From: an uncultured Gammaproteobacteria bacterium
Lineage (GTDB): Bacteria > Patescibacteriota > Patescibacteriia > Magasanikbacterales > GWA2-37-8
Reading direction: 5' to 3'
DNA: 64,000 bases
Assembly (NCBI GenBank): GCA_964540825.1
Contig: CAZINT010000003.1
Coordinates: 83,250-147,249, forward strand
Shown: positions 1 to 8,985 of the stretch, piece after piece
How the letters are laid out: every line of letters begins with the position of its first letter
How positions within the stretch are numbered: position 1 is the first letter of the stretch
The notes under the pieces: generated by a model
Told to the model about the DNA's origin: nothing
Database searches by the model: none
What the model saw: only the letters and a program-made list of their open reading frames with translations
Made by a program: the position numbers and the translations under genes

Positions 1-1493
1 CGCACGTTGGCTTCATCATTTTTAATTTTTTCGAGGGAACCGATAATCGCTTCGAGCGATCCGAGCGTATCAGCTTTAATAACGACATTAAGCACTTTTT
101 TCTGATCTTCTTCGTCTTCGGATTCATTTTTCTGACTAATAACTTGCTTTTCAGCACCCGTCTGCTGAGTGCGTTTACTTTTCATATTTACCAACGTCGC
201 TGTGGCAGCCTGCGCAATATCCAAAATATCACCTACTTGCGGAGCAATCTTGAAACCCAAAATTCTAACCGGCGTGCTGGGCCCCGCTTCAGTAATATTT
301 TCAGTGCGATAATTTTTGAGCGCACGAACTTTGCCGTAAATTTCACCATTCACGACCAGCGGATCATTAATATGGAGCGTACCGGTCTGCACGAGAATCG
401 TTACCACAGCACCTTCACCTTTATCAACACGCGCTTCAATAACAGTTCCGGCAGCCGGGCGATTGGGATTGGCCTTGATAGTATCTTTATATAAATCAGC
501 CACTAAGAGGAGGGCGTCGAGTGTTTTGTCGATATTCAATTTTTGTTTAGCAGAAATTTCGACCATGACCGTGTCGCCGCCCCATTCTTGCGGAATAATG
601 TTGTACTGGCCAAGTGCAGCTCGAACACGTTCCACATCAGCGCCTGGTTTATCGATTTTGTTAATCGCAACGATGAACGGTAATTTAGCCGCTTTGATAA
701 TATTAATCGCTTCCACTGTCTGCGGCTTAATACCGTCGTCAGCAGCAACTACGAGAATTGCAATATCCGCAACTTTGGCACCGCGACTGCGCATAACCGT
801 AAACGCTTCATGACCCGGGGTGTCAATAAACGTGAGCGGAGTTTCTTCTTTAGAAATCGGATTGGTCCAAACAACCTGGTACGCACCAATATGCTGGGTA
901 ATACCGCCCGCTTCACGGCTGGCAACATTAGCACTACGAATAGAATCAAGTAATGTTGTCTTACCGTGGTCAACGTGACCCATGACAACAATAACTGGCG
1001 CACGCGGCGTCGTCATATCGCCAGCGAGCATGGTAGCCAAATTTTCAAGATGCGTATCTACGGCTTCTGCTTCGCCGCCGCCTGCTGCGACGGTAAACCC
1101 AAGTTCTTCGGCCAGGAGAACAGCAGTATCATGATCAATATTTTCATTCTGTGTAGCCAAAATACCATTTTTCATGAGCTCTAAAATAAGCTTGTTGATC
1201 GGCAAACTTAATTTTTCCGCTAATTCTTTTACTGTCAAAACACCTGGAATCGTAACACTCACCCCGCTTTCACGGCGAAGTTCCTTTTCAAGTTCTTTTT
1301 GTTTTTCTTTTTCTTGCCGCTCCCGCTCTTCTAACACAAATTTGATGCGTCGCCATTCACGCTGGATTTGCTGAGCAACACGATCATCAATCTTGACAGC
1401 ACGGGCACCAATATCAAAACCAAACTCCGGTAAAATAGTAAGGAGCTTTTGCGGGTGAATACGCAGCGAGCGCGCAAGTTCGGAAACATTCAT
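1..1493 (-). CDS. infB: translation initiation factor IF-2, N-terminal ~497 codons; the C-terminus runs off the window start
   Basis: Minus-strand translation from cat at 1491-1493 reads [10 protein letters not shown]..., and the G-domain string [17 protein letters not shown] was read directly around 960-1010. The gene is edge-truncated and therefore absent from the ORF track; the plus-strand ORFs at 144-1374 are antisense artefacts. Confidence 0.85.
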   Translation of the reverse strand, partial: MNVSELARSLRIHPQKLLTILPEFGFDIGARAVKIDDRVAQQIQREWRRIKFVLEERERQEKEKQKELEKELRRESGVSVTIPGVLTVKELAEKLSLPINKLILELMKNGILATQNENIDHDTAVLLAEELGFTVAAGGGEAEAVDTHLENLATMLAGDMTTPRAPVIVVMGHVDHGKTTLLDSIRSANVASREAGGITQHIGAYQVVWTNPISKEETPLTFIDTPGHEAFTVMRSRGAKVADIAILVVAADDGIKPQTVEAINIIKAAKLPFIVAINKIDKPGADVERVRAALGQYNIIPQEWGGDTVMVEISAKQKLNIDKTLDALLLVADLYKDTIKANPNRPAAGTVIEARVDKGEGAVVTILVQTGTLHINDPLVVNGEIYGKVRALKNYRTENITEAGPSTPVRILGFKIAPQVGDILDIAQAATATLVNMKSKRTQQTGAEKQVISQKNESEDEEDQKKVLNVVIKADTLGSLEAIIGSLEKIKNDEANV

Positions 1494-1563
1494 GAGAGAG
1501 ATCTAAAATGAGTAATTATTGCTTGAGTATAGCGCAGCTACTCCAAAAGGTCAATAAATAGCC

Positions 1564-1592
1564 TTGACAAAACCCTTAAAATACCCTACTAC
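1564..1592 (+). promoter_or_regulatory. candidate sigma70 promoter of high-GC cassette A (TTGACA-17-TACTAC; weak -10)
   Basis: TTGACA at 1564-1569 sits in the same ccTTGACAaaaccc context as the promoter at 2737, but the -10 is poor. The 10-bp perfect palindrome TTCGATCGAA at 1598-1607 lies just downstream. Confidence 0.35.
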
Positions 1593-1639
1593 TAACGTTC
1601 GATCGAAAATCGATCGCCACCAAAAAAAGGAGCAGACCC

Positions 1640-2467
1640 ATGAAGTTTATCCTGCCATTGCTTACCCTCGCCATTCTGGCCGCGGGGTGCACCGAAACAC
1701 CCATCACGCAGGACCGCGGGGAGTGCCAGCTGGACTCCCAGTGCGACGACACGACCACGCAGCTGTGCATCGCACGGCAGTGCGTCGCCTTCTCCACTTG
1801 CGACGCGCCCGGTGACGTCTGCGGGGTCGGGTACGAGTGCAAGGAGAAGGTGGGGTACCTCAAGGGTGCAACGCCCTACCGGTACGTCACCCGTCTGTGC
1901 GTCCCGGCCGGCACCACGATCATGCCGCCCGTGGATCCGGGATCGGGTGACATGTCCAGCGAGATACTGGACATGCGCAGCTCAGGCACGCCCGACCTGC
2001 GGGCAATCCTGCCCGACTGTCCGGCCGGCTCCATCGACGGCACCCCTCTGTGTGGCGGCGTGCTAACCAGCACGACGTGCCAGCCGCGCACTCGCTGCGG
2101 CGATGGTCGTCACGTGAAGAGCAAGGACGACTGCTCGGCCGACGCCAACAACTTCGCGGGCGCCGAAGGGAGCGACGGCTTCTGTACCAACGCAACCGAG
2201 GCGATCATGATCCAGGTCAACCAGGCGATGGGAGGAACCAAACTCCGCATCAACGCCGCCAACACTAGCCCCGATGTACCGATCGACGGCACCGTTCAGG
2301 TCATCAAGGGTATCGGCGCTTATGGTGGACTTGTGACGGTCAGCATCGTCGACAACGGCGGCAACCCGATCCTGAACTCGACCGGCACCTGCTGGAGCGT
2401 GTCCGGAGGGACCCCGAAGAAAGGGCCCATCAGCGACATCGGCGGCGTCGCCGGGTGCAGGAAGTAA
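1640..2467 (+). CDS. Cys-rich secreted protein, probable lipoprotein (high-GC cassette A; paralog of 2933..3880)
   Basis: 275-aa ORF with an AGGAG SD 7 nt upstream and a signal peptide ending in LAAGC (lipobox-like). It has about 18 Cys, including a CGDG-x6-DDC motif, and its C-terminal ~110 aa align with the ORF at 2933. Third codon positions are strongly GC-rich. Confidence 0.6.
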   Translation: MKFILPLLTLAILAAGCTETPITQDRGECQLDSQCDDTTTQLCIARQCVAFSTCDAPGDVCGVGYECKEKVGYLKGATPYRYVTRLCVPAGTTIMPPVDPGSGDMSSEILDMRSSGTPDLRAILPDCPAGSIDGTPLCGGVLTSTTCQPRTRCGDGRHVKSKDDCSADANNFAGAEGSDGFCTNATEAIMIQVNQAMGGTKLRINAANTSPDVPIDGTVQVIKGIGAYGGLVTVSIVDNGGNPILNSTGTCWSVSGGTPKKGPISDIGGVAGCRK

Positions 2468-2469
2468 GC

Positions 2470-2586
2470 AGCCCCCACCCCCCAGCTCTCCCTCGCCTAG
2501 GGAGACAATGGCTTCCGAGCTGAAGCCTGCGGGGAGTGGTACACCATTTGTTCTTTCAGGCACGCTTTCCTCGCGTGCCACTTCCC
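2470..2586 (+). repeat. 3' structured element, copy 1 (three consecutive hairpins; repeated at 3883..3990)
   Basis: Carries ccccagcTCTCCCtcgcctaGGGAGAca, a variable middle hairpin GCTTCcgagctGAAGC, and ggggagtgg...GGCACGCtttcctcGCGTGCCacttccc. The flanks are near-identical to the copy after the paralogous gene. Confidence 0.6.
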
Positions 2587-2736
2587 AAAATATTTTTATT
2601 GGTATTCACTAGAAGTATATTGAGAAGAACTACCAACGCTTTTCACTCAAAAATGAGGCTGTGGTTTACTATAAAAATACCTAAAATAAAAAGCTGCTTA
2701 TATTAGCCAAATTTTTAGAACCACACCGAGATACTC

Positions 2737-2765
2737 TTGACAAAACCCCAAAAATGTGCTAGCAT
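2737..2765 (+). promoter_or_regulatory. sigma70 promoter TTGACA-17-TAGCAT with TGn extended -10 (cassette B)
   Basis: Read directly as TTGACAaaaccccaaaaatgtgcTAGCAT. The spacer is nearly identical to that of the promoter at 13353. Confidence 0.55.
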
Positions 2766-2932
2766 TGTTCGTTCCTGAAGTTAATCAGGAGGTTCTTTAA
2801 TAAAGCGTCTTTGGCACCAAAAAGCCTCTATTTTAGAGAAGTTTTTTAGTGTCAAAGACCAGTACCACTTTATGAGAGGTACCCCTCTCAATTGGATCCA
2901 GGCTTTCTGTCCCGCAACCAAGGAGAACGATC

Positions 2933-3880
2933 ATGACCACGAGCCGCATCCTTGCCCGCCTCGGCATCCCCGTCCTCGCCCTCACCGGCGTCCTCGGCGT
3001 CGCATGCTACCGCACCGACAAGAACTACTGCATGAGCTCGGCCGACTGCGCCGGCATGGGGGGCTACTGCTCCCTCCCCGCCCACAGTTGTCTGTCGCCG
3101 CAGTGCGACGTGAAGAGCAACAAGCTCCTGGCGCGCGACCAGACCAAGATGGGCGAGATCGTCACGACCTACAGCCCCTACAGCTGCAACCCCGGTGACG
3201 TCTGCGACTCGGTGAAGGGCCTCTGCCGGCCGCTCACCTGCGCCGACGGGATGGCCTGCCCCGACGGCTCGACCTGCAACAAGAGCAAGGGGATGTGCGA
3301 GACGATCTTCGTCCCGCCCGCGCCGGACATGGCGCAGGGCGACATGAACATCTCGCCCGACCTCGCGCCGCCCGCCGACATGACCCCGGGCGACCTGGCC
3401 GGCCTCCCGAACTGCCCCGACAAGGCGGTCAACGGCGGCCCGTCCTGCAACACGGACATCAGCGGCACCACCTGCAGGGCGGTCTTCCCGGCCTGCGGCA
3501 AGGGCTTCCGGGTCGCCAAGAAGGCGGACTGCCACACCTCGGCCCCGAATTTCGCGGGGCAGGAGGGCTCCGACGGCTTCTGCCTATCGGCCAACGCCGG
3601 GATCGAGATGCAGGTCGCCACGAAGCTCGGGGCGACCAAGCTCCAGGTGAACTCGGCGGGTGCCCCGGCCTACGAGGACATCGACGCCGGCGGCAAGCCC
3701 CAGCTCTTCGAGAGCGCCGGGGCTTACAACGGCCTGTTCTCACTCTTCCCGGTCGACGGGTCCAACAACCCCATCAACGGGACGGACGGGAACTGCTGGA
3801 TCCTCTCCTCCATCTCCGGCGCCCGGAAGACGCCGTTCACCGACCTCGGCGGCGTCAAGGGCTGCAAGATGGAGCCCTAG
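2933..3880 (+). CDS. Cys-rich secreted protein, probable lipoprotein (high-GC cassette B; paralog of 1640..2467)
   Basis: 315-aa ORF with an AAGGAG SD and a signal peptide ending in GVAC. It is Cys-rich (CGKG-x6-ADC motif) and its C-terminal domain is alignable to paralog A (DC...NFAG.EGSDGFC...GC). It has a 167-nt structured leader. Confidence 0.6.
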   Translation: MTTSRILARLGIPVLALTGVLGVACYRTDKNYCMSSADCAGMGGYCSLPAHSCLSPQCDVKSNKLLARDQTKMGEIVTTYSPYSCNPGDVCDSVKGLCRPLTCADGMACPDGSTCNKSKGMCETIFVPPAPDMAQGDMNISPDLAPPADMTPGDLAGLPNCPDKAVNGGPSCNTDISGTTCRAVFPACGKGFRVAKKADCHTSAPNFAGQEGSDGFCLSANAGIEMQVATKLGATKLQVNSAGAPAYEDIDAGGKPQLFESAGAYNGLFSLFPVDGSNNPINGTDGNCWILSSISGARKTPFTDLGGVKGCKMEP

Positions 3881-3882
3881 TC

Positions 3883-3990
3883 CACCCCAGCTCTCCCCCG
3901 CCTAGGGAGACACTAACCTCTTAAGAGAGGTCTTTGGGGAGTGGTACACATTGTTCTTTCAGGCACGCTTTCCTCGCGTGCCACTTCCCA
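3883..3990 (+). repeat. 3' structured element, copy 2
   Basis: Outer hairpins are the same as copy 1. The middle hairpin is replaced by CCTCTtaagAGAGG, a different sequence that still folds as a hairpin. Confidence 0.6.
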
Positions 3991-4078
3991 CTACTTTTTT
4001 ACCCCTCCCCGGTAGAAACGTGATAGGAAGACATGCTACCAACTCACCAAACTAAGTTTCGGCTAAGCTTAGGTAACG

Positions 4079-4107
4079 TTTGACACCTCACCCTCTGCCT
4101 GATATAC
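4079..4107 (+). promoter_or_regulatory. sigma70 promoter TTGACA-17-TATACT, probably for rny (about 255-nt leader)
   Basis: Read directly as TTGACAcctcaccctctgcctgaTATACT. Confidence 0.5.
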
Positions 4108-4334
4108 TTACCTCAGTAACTTTATTTATCAAGATTTTGAGCGAAAACTCTGGTTAGAAGAAAAGTCCGAAAGTATTCTGCTACTCTACGCATTTCGAAG
4201 CTTATTTATGTCATTTACCCCTCAATTCCTTAGAGACAATCTTCTTTGGAAGGCAGTACTCCCTGCCCGAGTTTTGTAATTGACCGCTAAATCTTTTCTA
4301 ACCTGCGAGGCCGATTTAAATGCCTCTACCGAGT

Positions 4335-4356
4335 AATCCTCAAATCTTTGAGGATT
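4335..4356 (+). promoter_or_regulatory. perfect 10-bp-arm hairpin that sequesters the rny SD
   Basis: AATCCTCAAAtcTTTGAGGATT: the 3' arm contains GAGGA and is followed by a T-rich stretch and then ATG at 4366. Confidence 0.4.
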
Positions 4357-4365
4357 TTTATTTTT

Positions 4366-5898
4366 ATGGTTCTTAAATACCTTATTGCGGGTATCATTAC
4401 CCTCGCCGGTACGGGGCTTGGCCTCTTAGCTGGGTACCTCCTGCGCAAAAAAATTGCCCAGGCGGAAGCGAACTCAATCGAAGCGCGCGCTGACAAACTC
4501 TTAATCGAAGCAAAGAACAAACAACAGGAACTCCTCTTAGAGGGCAAAGAAAAAGCGACCAAAATACTCGACGAAGCCAAGCAAGAAGAAAAACAACTTC
4601 GCCAGGAACTGCGCACGATCCAAGAACGCCTGGAGCGGCGCGAAAACACCTTTGACCAAAAACTGCTTGAATTCCAAGATAAAGAAAAGCAGCTCCAAGA
4701 AAAAATTGAACGCGTCAAACAAATTAAGCAAGAAATTGAAAACCTAAAAGGTGAACAACTCGCTAAACTTGAACAAGTCGCTGCACTTACCCGCGAGGAA
4801 GCCAAAAATGAACTTCTCGCGAAAGTAGAAGAGCAAAGCAAAACAGACCTCATGGGCCGGATTATTAAACTGGAAAAAGAATCATCTGAAGTCTTTGAAG
4901 ACAAGGCTCGCGATATTATTACCGACGCTATCCAGCGCTGCGCTAGTAGCCATGCCGCCGAAACTACGTCGTCGATTGTTCATATTCCCAGCGAAGAAAT
5001 GAAAGGGCGTATTATCGGTAAAGAAGGCCGCAACATCAAAACCATCGAAAAATTAACGGGTTGTGAAATTATTATTGACGACACACCTGAATCGATTATC
5101 GTGTCGGGCTTTTCCCCGATCCGCCGCCAGGTTGCCAAACTCGCCATTGAAAAACTGATTGCCGACGGCCGCATCCAGCCTGCCCGCATTGAAGAGTTTG
5201 TTGAGAAAGCCAAACAAGATTTAGCGCTTGATATTAAAAAAGCCGGTGAAGAAGCGCTCTACAAAATGGGCATTACCGGTATTGACCCCAAACTCGTCAA
5301 CATTGTTGGTCGCCTTAAGTATCGCACCAGTTATGGACAGAACATCATGAACCACTCGACCGAAGTAGGTTATCTCGCTGCCCTCATAGCTGCCGAGCTT
5401 GGACTTGATGAAGCCAAAGCTAAAAAATGCGGCTTCTTCCATGATATTGGAAAATCGGTTGACCAAGAAACCCAAGGCTCACACCCAGAGATCGGCCACA
5501 TGATCCTCAAAAAGTTCAACATGGACGAGGATATCTGCCAGGCAGCACTCACGCACCACAACGACAAACCGTATAATATCTATTCGTCAGTTGCGAAAGC
5601 TGCTGATGCTATCTCGGGCGCTCGTGTTGGTGCCCGCCGCGATACGTACGAACAATATATTACGCGCCTCGAAGACCTCGAAAAAACAGCCGGATCATTC
5701 CCTGGCATCGACAAAGTGTACGCCATTCAGGCCGGTCGCGAAGTACGTGTGTTTGTTCGCCCAAATGAAATTGATGACTACGCTGCGTACCAGCTTGCCA
5801 AAGACATTGCTCACAAGATCGAACAAGAACTTAAATACCCTGGCGAAATTCGTGTTTCACTCATTCGCGAGACGCGCGTTATCGAATACGCTCGCTAA
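4366..5898 (+). CDS. rny: ribonuclease Y
   Basis: N-terminal TM helix, a coiled coil, a KH motif (IGKEGRNIKTIEKLTG) and an HD domain (GFFHDIGK). The ORF-track start at 4348 is a TTG inside the hairpin, so ATG 4366 is preferred. Confidence 0.9.
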   Translation: MVLKYLIAGIITLAGTGLGLLAGYLLRKKIAQAEANSIEARADKLLIEAKNKQQELLLEGKEKATKILDEAKQEEKQLRQELRTIQERLERRENTFDQKLLEFQDKEKQLQEKIERVKQIKQEIENLKGEQLAKLEQVAALTREEAKNELLAKVEEQSKTDLMGRIIKLEKESSEVFEDKARDIITDAIQRCASSHAAETTSSIVHIPSEEMKGRIIGKEGRNIKTIEKLTGCEIIIDDTPESIIVSGFSPIRRQVAKLAIEKLIADGRIQPARIEEFVEKAKQDLALDIKKAGEEALYKMGITGIDPKLVNIVGRLKYRTSYGQNIMNHSTEVGYLAALIAAELGLDEAKAKKCGFFHDIGKSVDQETQGSHPEIGHMILKKFNMDEDICQAALTHHNDKPYNIYSSVAKAADAISGARVGARRDTYEQYITRLEDLEKTAGSFPGIDKVYAIQAGREVRVFVRPNEIDDYAAYQLAKDIAHKIEQELKYPGEIRVSLIRETRVIEYAR

Positions 5899-6022
5899 AA
5901 ATGGGCTGTGGAAAAGTGGACTTGGCTGAGCATAGCCAAAAAAAGACGACCATGATATAGTATCCCTATCATTACTCAGGCCTCAAGGTCACATACTTGA
6001 GTCCCCTAAAAAGAATGGACCT

Positions 6023-6298
6023 ATGAATAAAGCAGAATTAGCCCAAACTTTGGCCGAAAAACTGAACGTTTCCAAACGTGAAACTGAGGATATGCTCAAC
6101 GCTTTCGTTGACACCGTCACTATGACCCTCAAGAAAGGCGAAGAAGTGGTATTAACTGGTTTTGGTGCTTTCAGCGCCAAGCAGCGTGCCGCTCGCACCG
6201 GTGTTAACCCACAAAATCCTTCACAAAAAATCCAGATCCCGGCTGTTATGGTTCCAAAATTTAAAGCCGGTAAAGCCCTCAAAGACGCTCTCAAATAA
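6023..6298 (+). CDS. hup: HU family DNA-binding protein
   Basis: 91 aa with typical HU motifs (GFGAF, arm RTGVNPQNP). Confidence 0.85.
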   Translation: MNKAELAQTLAEKLNVSKRETEDMLNAFVDTVTMTLKKGEEVVLTGFGAFSAKQRAARTGVNPQNPSQKIQIPAVMVPKFKAGKALKDALK

Positions 6299-6310
6299 TC
6301 CGAAACTTAG

Positions 6311-6343
6311 AAAAATCCCCTCGGTTGTCGGGGGGATTTTTTG
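6311..6343 (+). terminator. rho-independent terminator
   Basis: aaaaaTCCCCtcggttgtcGGGGGAtttttt. Confidence 0.6.
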
Positions 6344-6356
6344 TTACCTGAAACTA

Positions 6357-6384
6357 TTGACAAAAACGCATTTCACGCTATGAT
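6357..6384 (+). promoter_or_regulatory. sigma70 promoter TTGACA-16-TATGAT (cassette C)
   Basis: Read directly. Confidence 0.5.
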
Positions 6385-6458
6385 GCGGTTGTCGCTATGC
6401 CAAAGGTTTCAAACTACATCTTTTTGAAACTCATCAAGAACGATACTGGAGGGAAAAA

Positions 6459-7028
6459 ATGAAAACTGACATTACACTGTTAAGCACCATGCTCCGCGAA
6501 TTTGCGCTCATTGCCCTCCGCGAGCGGTGCGAAAACGGTGTCCCAGTCCGGGCCGATACGCCCAACGAGCTCATGTCCGAGTTTGCGGCGGTATGGAGCA
6601 CCCTGGACCATGGGACCTGTGACTACCGGCAGTTCTGCGAAATTTTTCAGGCGGTGGCCGAAGCCAGTCTACGTGACGAAAACCAGTGCGCCGTACTCGC
6701 GCTCACCACTCTCTCGTTCATCACCTACGTCGGTCCCAATCGAGCGCGCACCATACTCCAGGCCATCTACCGAGAAAGCCGTACCGCGAAGGCTGGCTCC
6801 TACAACCAGCTGGTCTTTTACCTCGGCGCGCTGGAAGCGATGAGTCTCGCCGGTTCACCAGTCACGATTCTCGAGTGGGGCGTGGATGAAGCGTACAAGC
6901 AGCTCGGAAACGAAGTCTCGCGTGAAAGCGTCTTCCTGAGCTTGTGGATCCAGGCACTCAGCAATCGAGCAGTAACGCTTTCCGAAGAACCCATGCCGGC
7001 CGACCGCTCCGGCGTACTCGCACTCTAA
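6459..7028 (+). CDS. hypothetical protein (GC-elevated cassette C)
   Basis: 189-aa ORF with a GGAGGG SD 6 nt upstream. The same-region ORF 6502..6843 is in another frame and has no SD. No recognisable motifs. Confidence 0.5.
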   Translation: MKTDITLLSTMLREFALIALRERCENGVPVRADTPNELMSEFAAVWSTLDHGTCDYRQFCEIFQAVAEASLRDENQCAVLALTTLSFITYVGPNRARTILQAIYRESRTAKAGSYNQLVFYLGALEAMSLAGSPVTILEWGVDEAYKQLGNEVSRESVFLSLWIQALSNRAVTLSEEPMPADRSGVLAL

Positions 7029-7172
7029 CAAACGCTGCTTGAGGCAGCTGCCGGTGGCGCCCTGTGCCACCCTGAACCAGTGATGGAAAGTTATTTTCAT
7101 TAGTGGTTCTGGCCAGATTTTTCTGACCACCTTCTTTGCCTTAAGAACAAAATTGAGTATACTGAAACAGCT

Positions 7173-7997
7173 ATGTCCCCCGCTCAATTTCATAAAAAAA
7201 TCTATACCTACGCCGAATCGGCTAATCGAAAACTTCCCTGGCGCAAAACGACTGATCCGTACAAAATTTTAGTTTCGGAAATCATGCTCCAGCAAACCCA
7301 GGCCGAACGCGTCATTCCAAAATACAACAATTTTATAAAGCAATTTCCAACGTTTAAAAAACTAAGCACCGCTCCGCTTAGCGAACTGCTCGCTGCCTGG
7401 CAAGGACTTGGGTACAACCGACGAGCACTCAGCTTACAAAAAACTGCCCTGGAAGTAGTTAGAAAATACAAAGGCAAACTTCCCAGTGACCCCACCCTCC
7501 TTAAAGAACTTCCCGGGATTGGCCCAGCGACTGCAGCGTCGATCGTTGTGTACGCTTTTAACCTGCCTTTTGTTTTTGTCGAAACAAATGTGCGTACGGT
7601 TTTTATTCATTGTTTTTTTGCTGACCGAACTGATGTAACTGATGCTGAATTACTCCCACTGGTTACAAAAATGATGGATAAAAATAATCCGCGCCGGTGG
7701 TACAACGCGCTTATGGATTACGGCGTTATGCTCAAGAAAATTCATAAAAATCCCAGTCGCGCGAGCGCCCACTATACCAAACAAACCACATTTAAAGGCT
7801 CGCGCCGACAAGTGCGCGGGCGCATCGTTAAAATTTTAACGAACAAAAAAAGTATCACGCTTGCTAAGCTCATTCATGAAGTTGACGATCTTCCTCAAGC
7901 CACCTCGGAAGCGCTGAACACACTTATTACTCAACTCGCCAAAGAAGGTTTTTTAAAAAGAAAAAATACAATGATCACTTTAGCTAAAAATATTTAA
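7173..7997 (+). CDS. HhH-GPD superfamily DNA glycosylase, MutY/Nth-like
   Basis: LPWR...DPYKILVSEIMLQQTQ and LPGIGPATAASI read as HhH-GPD motifs. No C-terminal 4-Cys Fe-S motif was seen. TATACT lies 7 nt upstream of the ATG. Confidence 0.7.
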   Translation: MSPAQFHKKIYTYAESANRKLPWRKTTDPYKILVSEIMLQQTQAERVIPKYNNFIKQFPTFKKLSTAPLSELLAAWQGLGYNRRALSLQKTALEVVRKYKGKLPSDPTLLKELPGIGPATAASIVVYAFNLPFVFVETNVRTVFIHCFFADRTDVTDAELLPLVTKMMDKNNPRRWYNALMDYGVMLKKIHKNPSRASAHYTKQTTFKGSRRQVRGRIVKILTNKKSITLAKLIHEVDDLPQATSEALNTLITQLAKEGFLKRKNTMITLAKNI

Positions 7998-8143
7998 ACC
8001 CTTGATTTTTTTAGGGTTTTAGTGTATACAAAATCTATATTTCAAAATTATTCAAGCTGTTTTCACCACGAGTACCGCGCTCGTCACTCTTAGAGTGGTG
8101 AGTATACGCTCTTGGGTAAATTACCCCATGCACGGAGGAAGCG

Positions 8144-8488
8144 ATGGAAAAGCAGTACATTCTGCCGCCCTCAACACCTGCGCCAACGATCCAGCGCACT
8201 GGAGGCATCATCCTGTGCATGACTGGCTGGATCGTGTTCTTGGCGGCCTTTGCCAAATTTATTGGCGTAACCGTCCTCAACCGCCAGAGCGAGCTTGGTC
8301 TGAGTCTTGACCAGCTCAAGGATGGTATGCGGCTCTGTGGCATCGGCCTGGCGTTGGGCTGCCTCGGCACCCCTCTGTGGGTCTTGGCCGAGATTAAGCT
8401 TCGGCGCCGCGCCAAGGAGGAGTCACGGCAGCCCGGGTACATCCCGCCCAACGCAGAGCTTGCTTCCACCCCCACTTCAAGCAGCTAG
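8144..8488 (+). CDS. hypothetical small membrane protein
   Basis: 114 aa with two hydrophobic helices and a GGAGG SD. Confidence 0.4.
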   Translation: MEKQYILPPSTPAPTIQRTGGIILCMTGWIVFLAAFAKFIGVTVLNRQSELGLSLDQLKDGMRLCGIGLALGCLGTPLWVLAEIKLRRRAKEESRQPGYIPPNAELASTPTSSS

Positions 8489-8693
8489 TTTTGCCACTAT
8501 TTCAACCCTGCCAGCCTCGCTGGCTCCCGGCGACGAACAGATACTTTTTGCCACTCGCAAAAACCTGTTCGTCGCCCTCAGCTCTGTAGACGTCTTCACC
8601 AAAGGCAGCCACATACTGAGACAGACAAAAATTGACACAAACCGACGCCTATGATACGCTATTGGCAGTCTGAACTATCTTCTAACCCTCATT

Positions 8694-8912
8694 ATGAAAG
8701 AAAATCTGTATAATATTTTTCAGCTTGTTCTAGCCATTTTACTGATTATCGTGGTCCTCTTGCAGCAAAAAGGTGGCGGTATCGGCAGCGCCTTTGGCGG
8801 CTCCAGCAATGTCTACAGCACCAAACGCGGTATAGACAAAACCCTTCATTATACAACTATCGTTTTAGGCGTTCTATTCTTCGGCTTATCGTTAGCCCGC
8901 CTGATCTTCTAA
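8694..8912 (+). CDS. secG: preprotein translocase subunit SecG
   Basis: 72 aa with LLQQKGGGIGSAFGGSS and two TM helices. Confidence 0.8.
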   Translation: MKENLYNIFQLVLAILLIIVVLLQQKGGGIGSAFGGSSNVYSTKRGIDKTLHYTTIVLGVLFFGLSLARLIF

Positions 8913-8985
8913 ACCAACGCTGACTCACAGCTTGGTAAGTCTTGGGATTCTGATACCAGAAACCCACTATCTAAAGGTTCTTCTC

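Noticed and set aside
144-1374. Plus-strand ORFs 144..494, 463..813, 966..1184 and 1174..1374
   Set aside because: All lie antisense to the clearly readable infB gene on the minus strand. They have no SD or promoter and no recognisable domains.
1812-3924. Numerous overlapping ORFs in all frames inside the two Cys-rich genes (for example 2063..2581-, 2888..3535-, 3295..3924+, 3178..3639-)
   Set aside because: High GC suppresses stop codons in every frame. Only the two plus-strand ORFs have a promoter, an SD, a signal peptide and a paralogous relationship. The others are Arg/Pro/Ala-rich low-complexity translations typical of wrong-frame GC-rich DNA.
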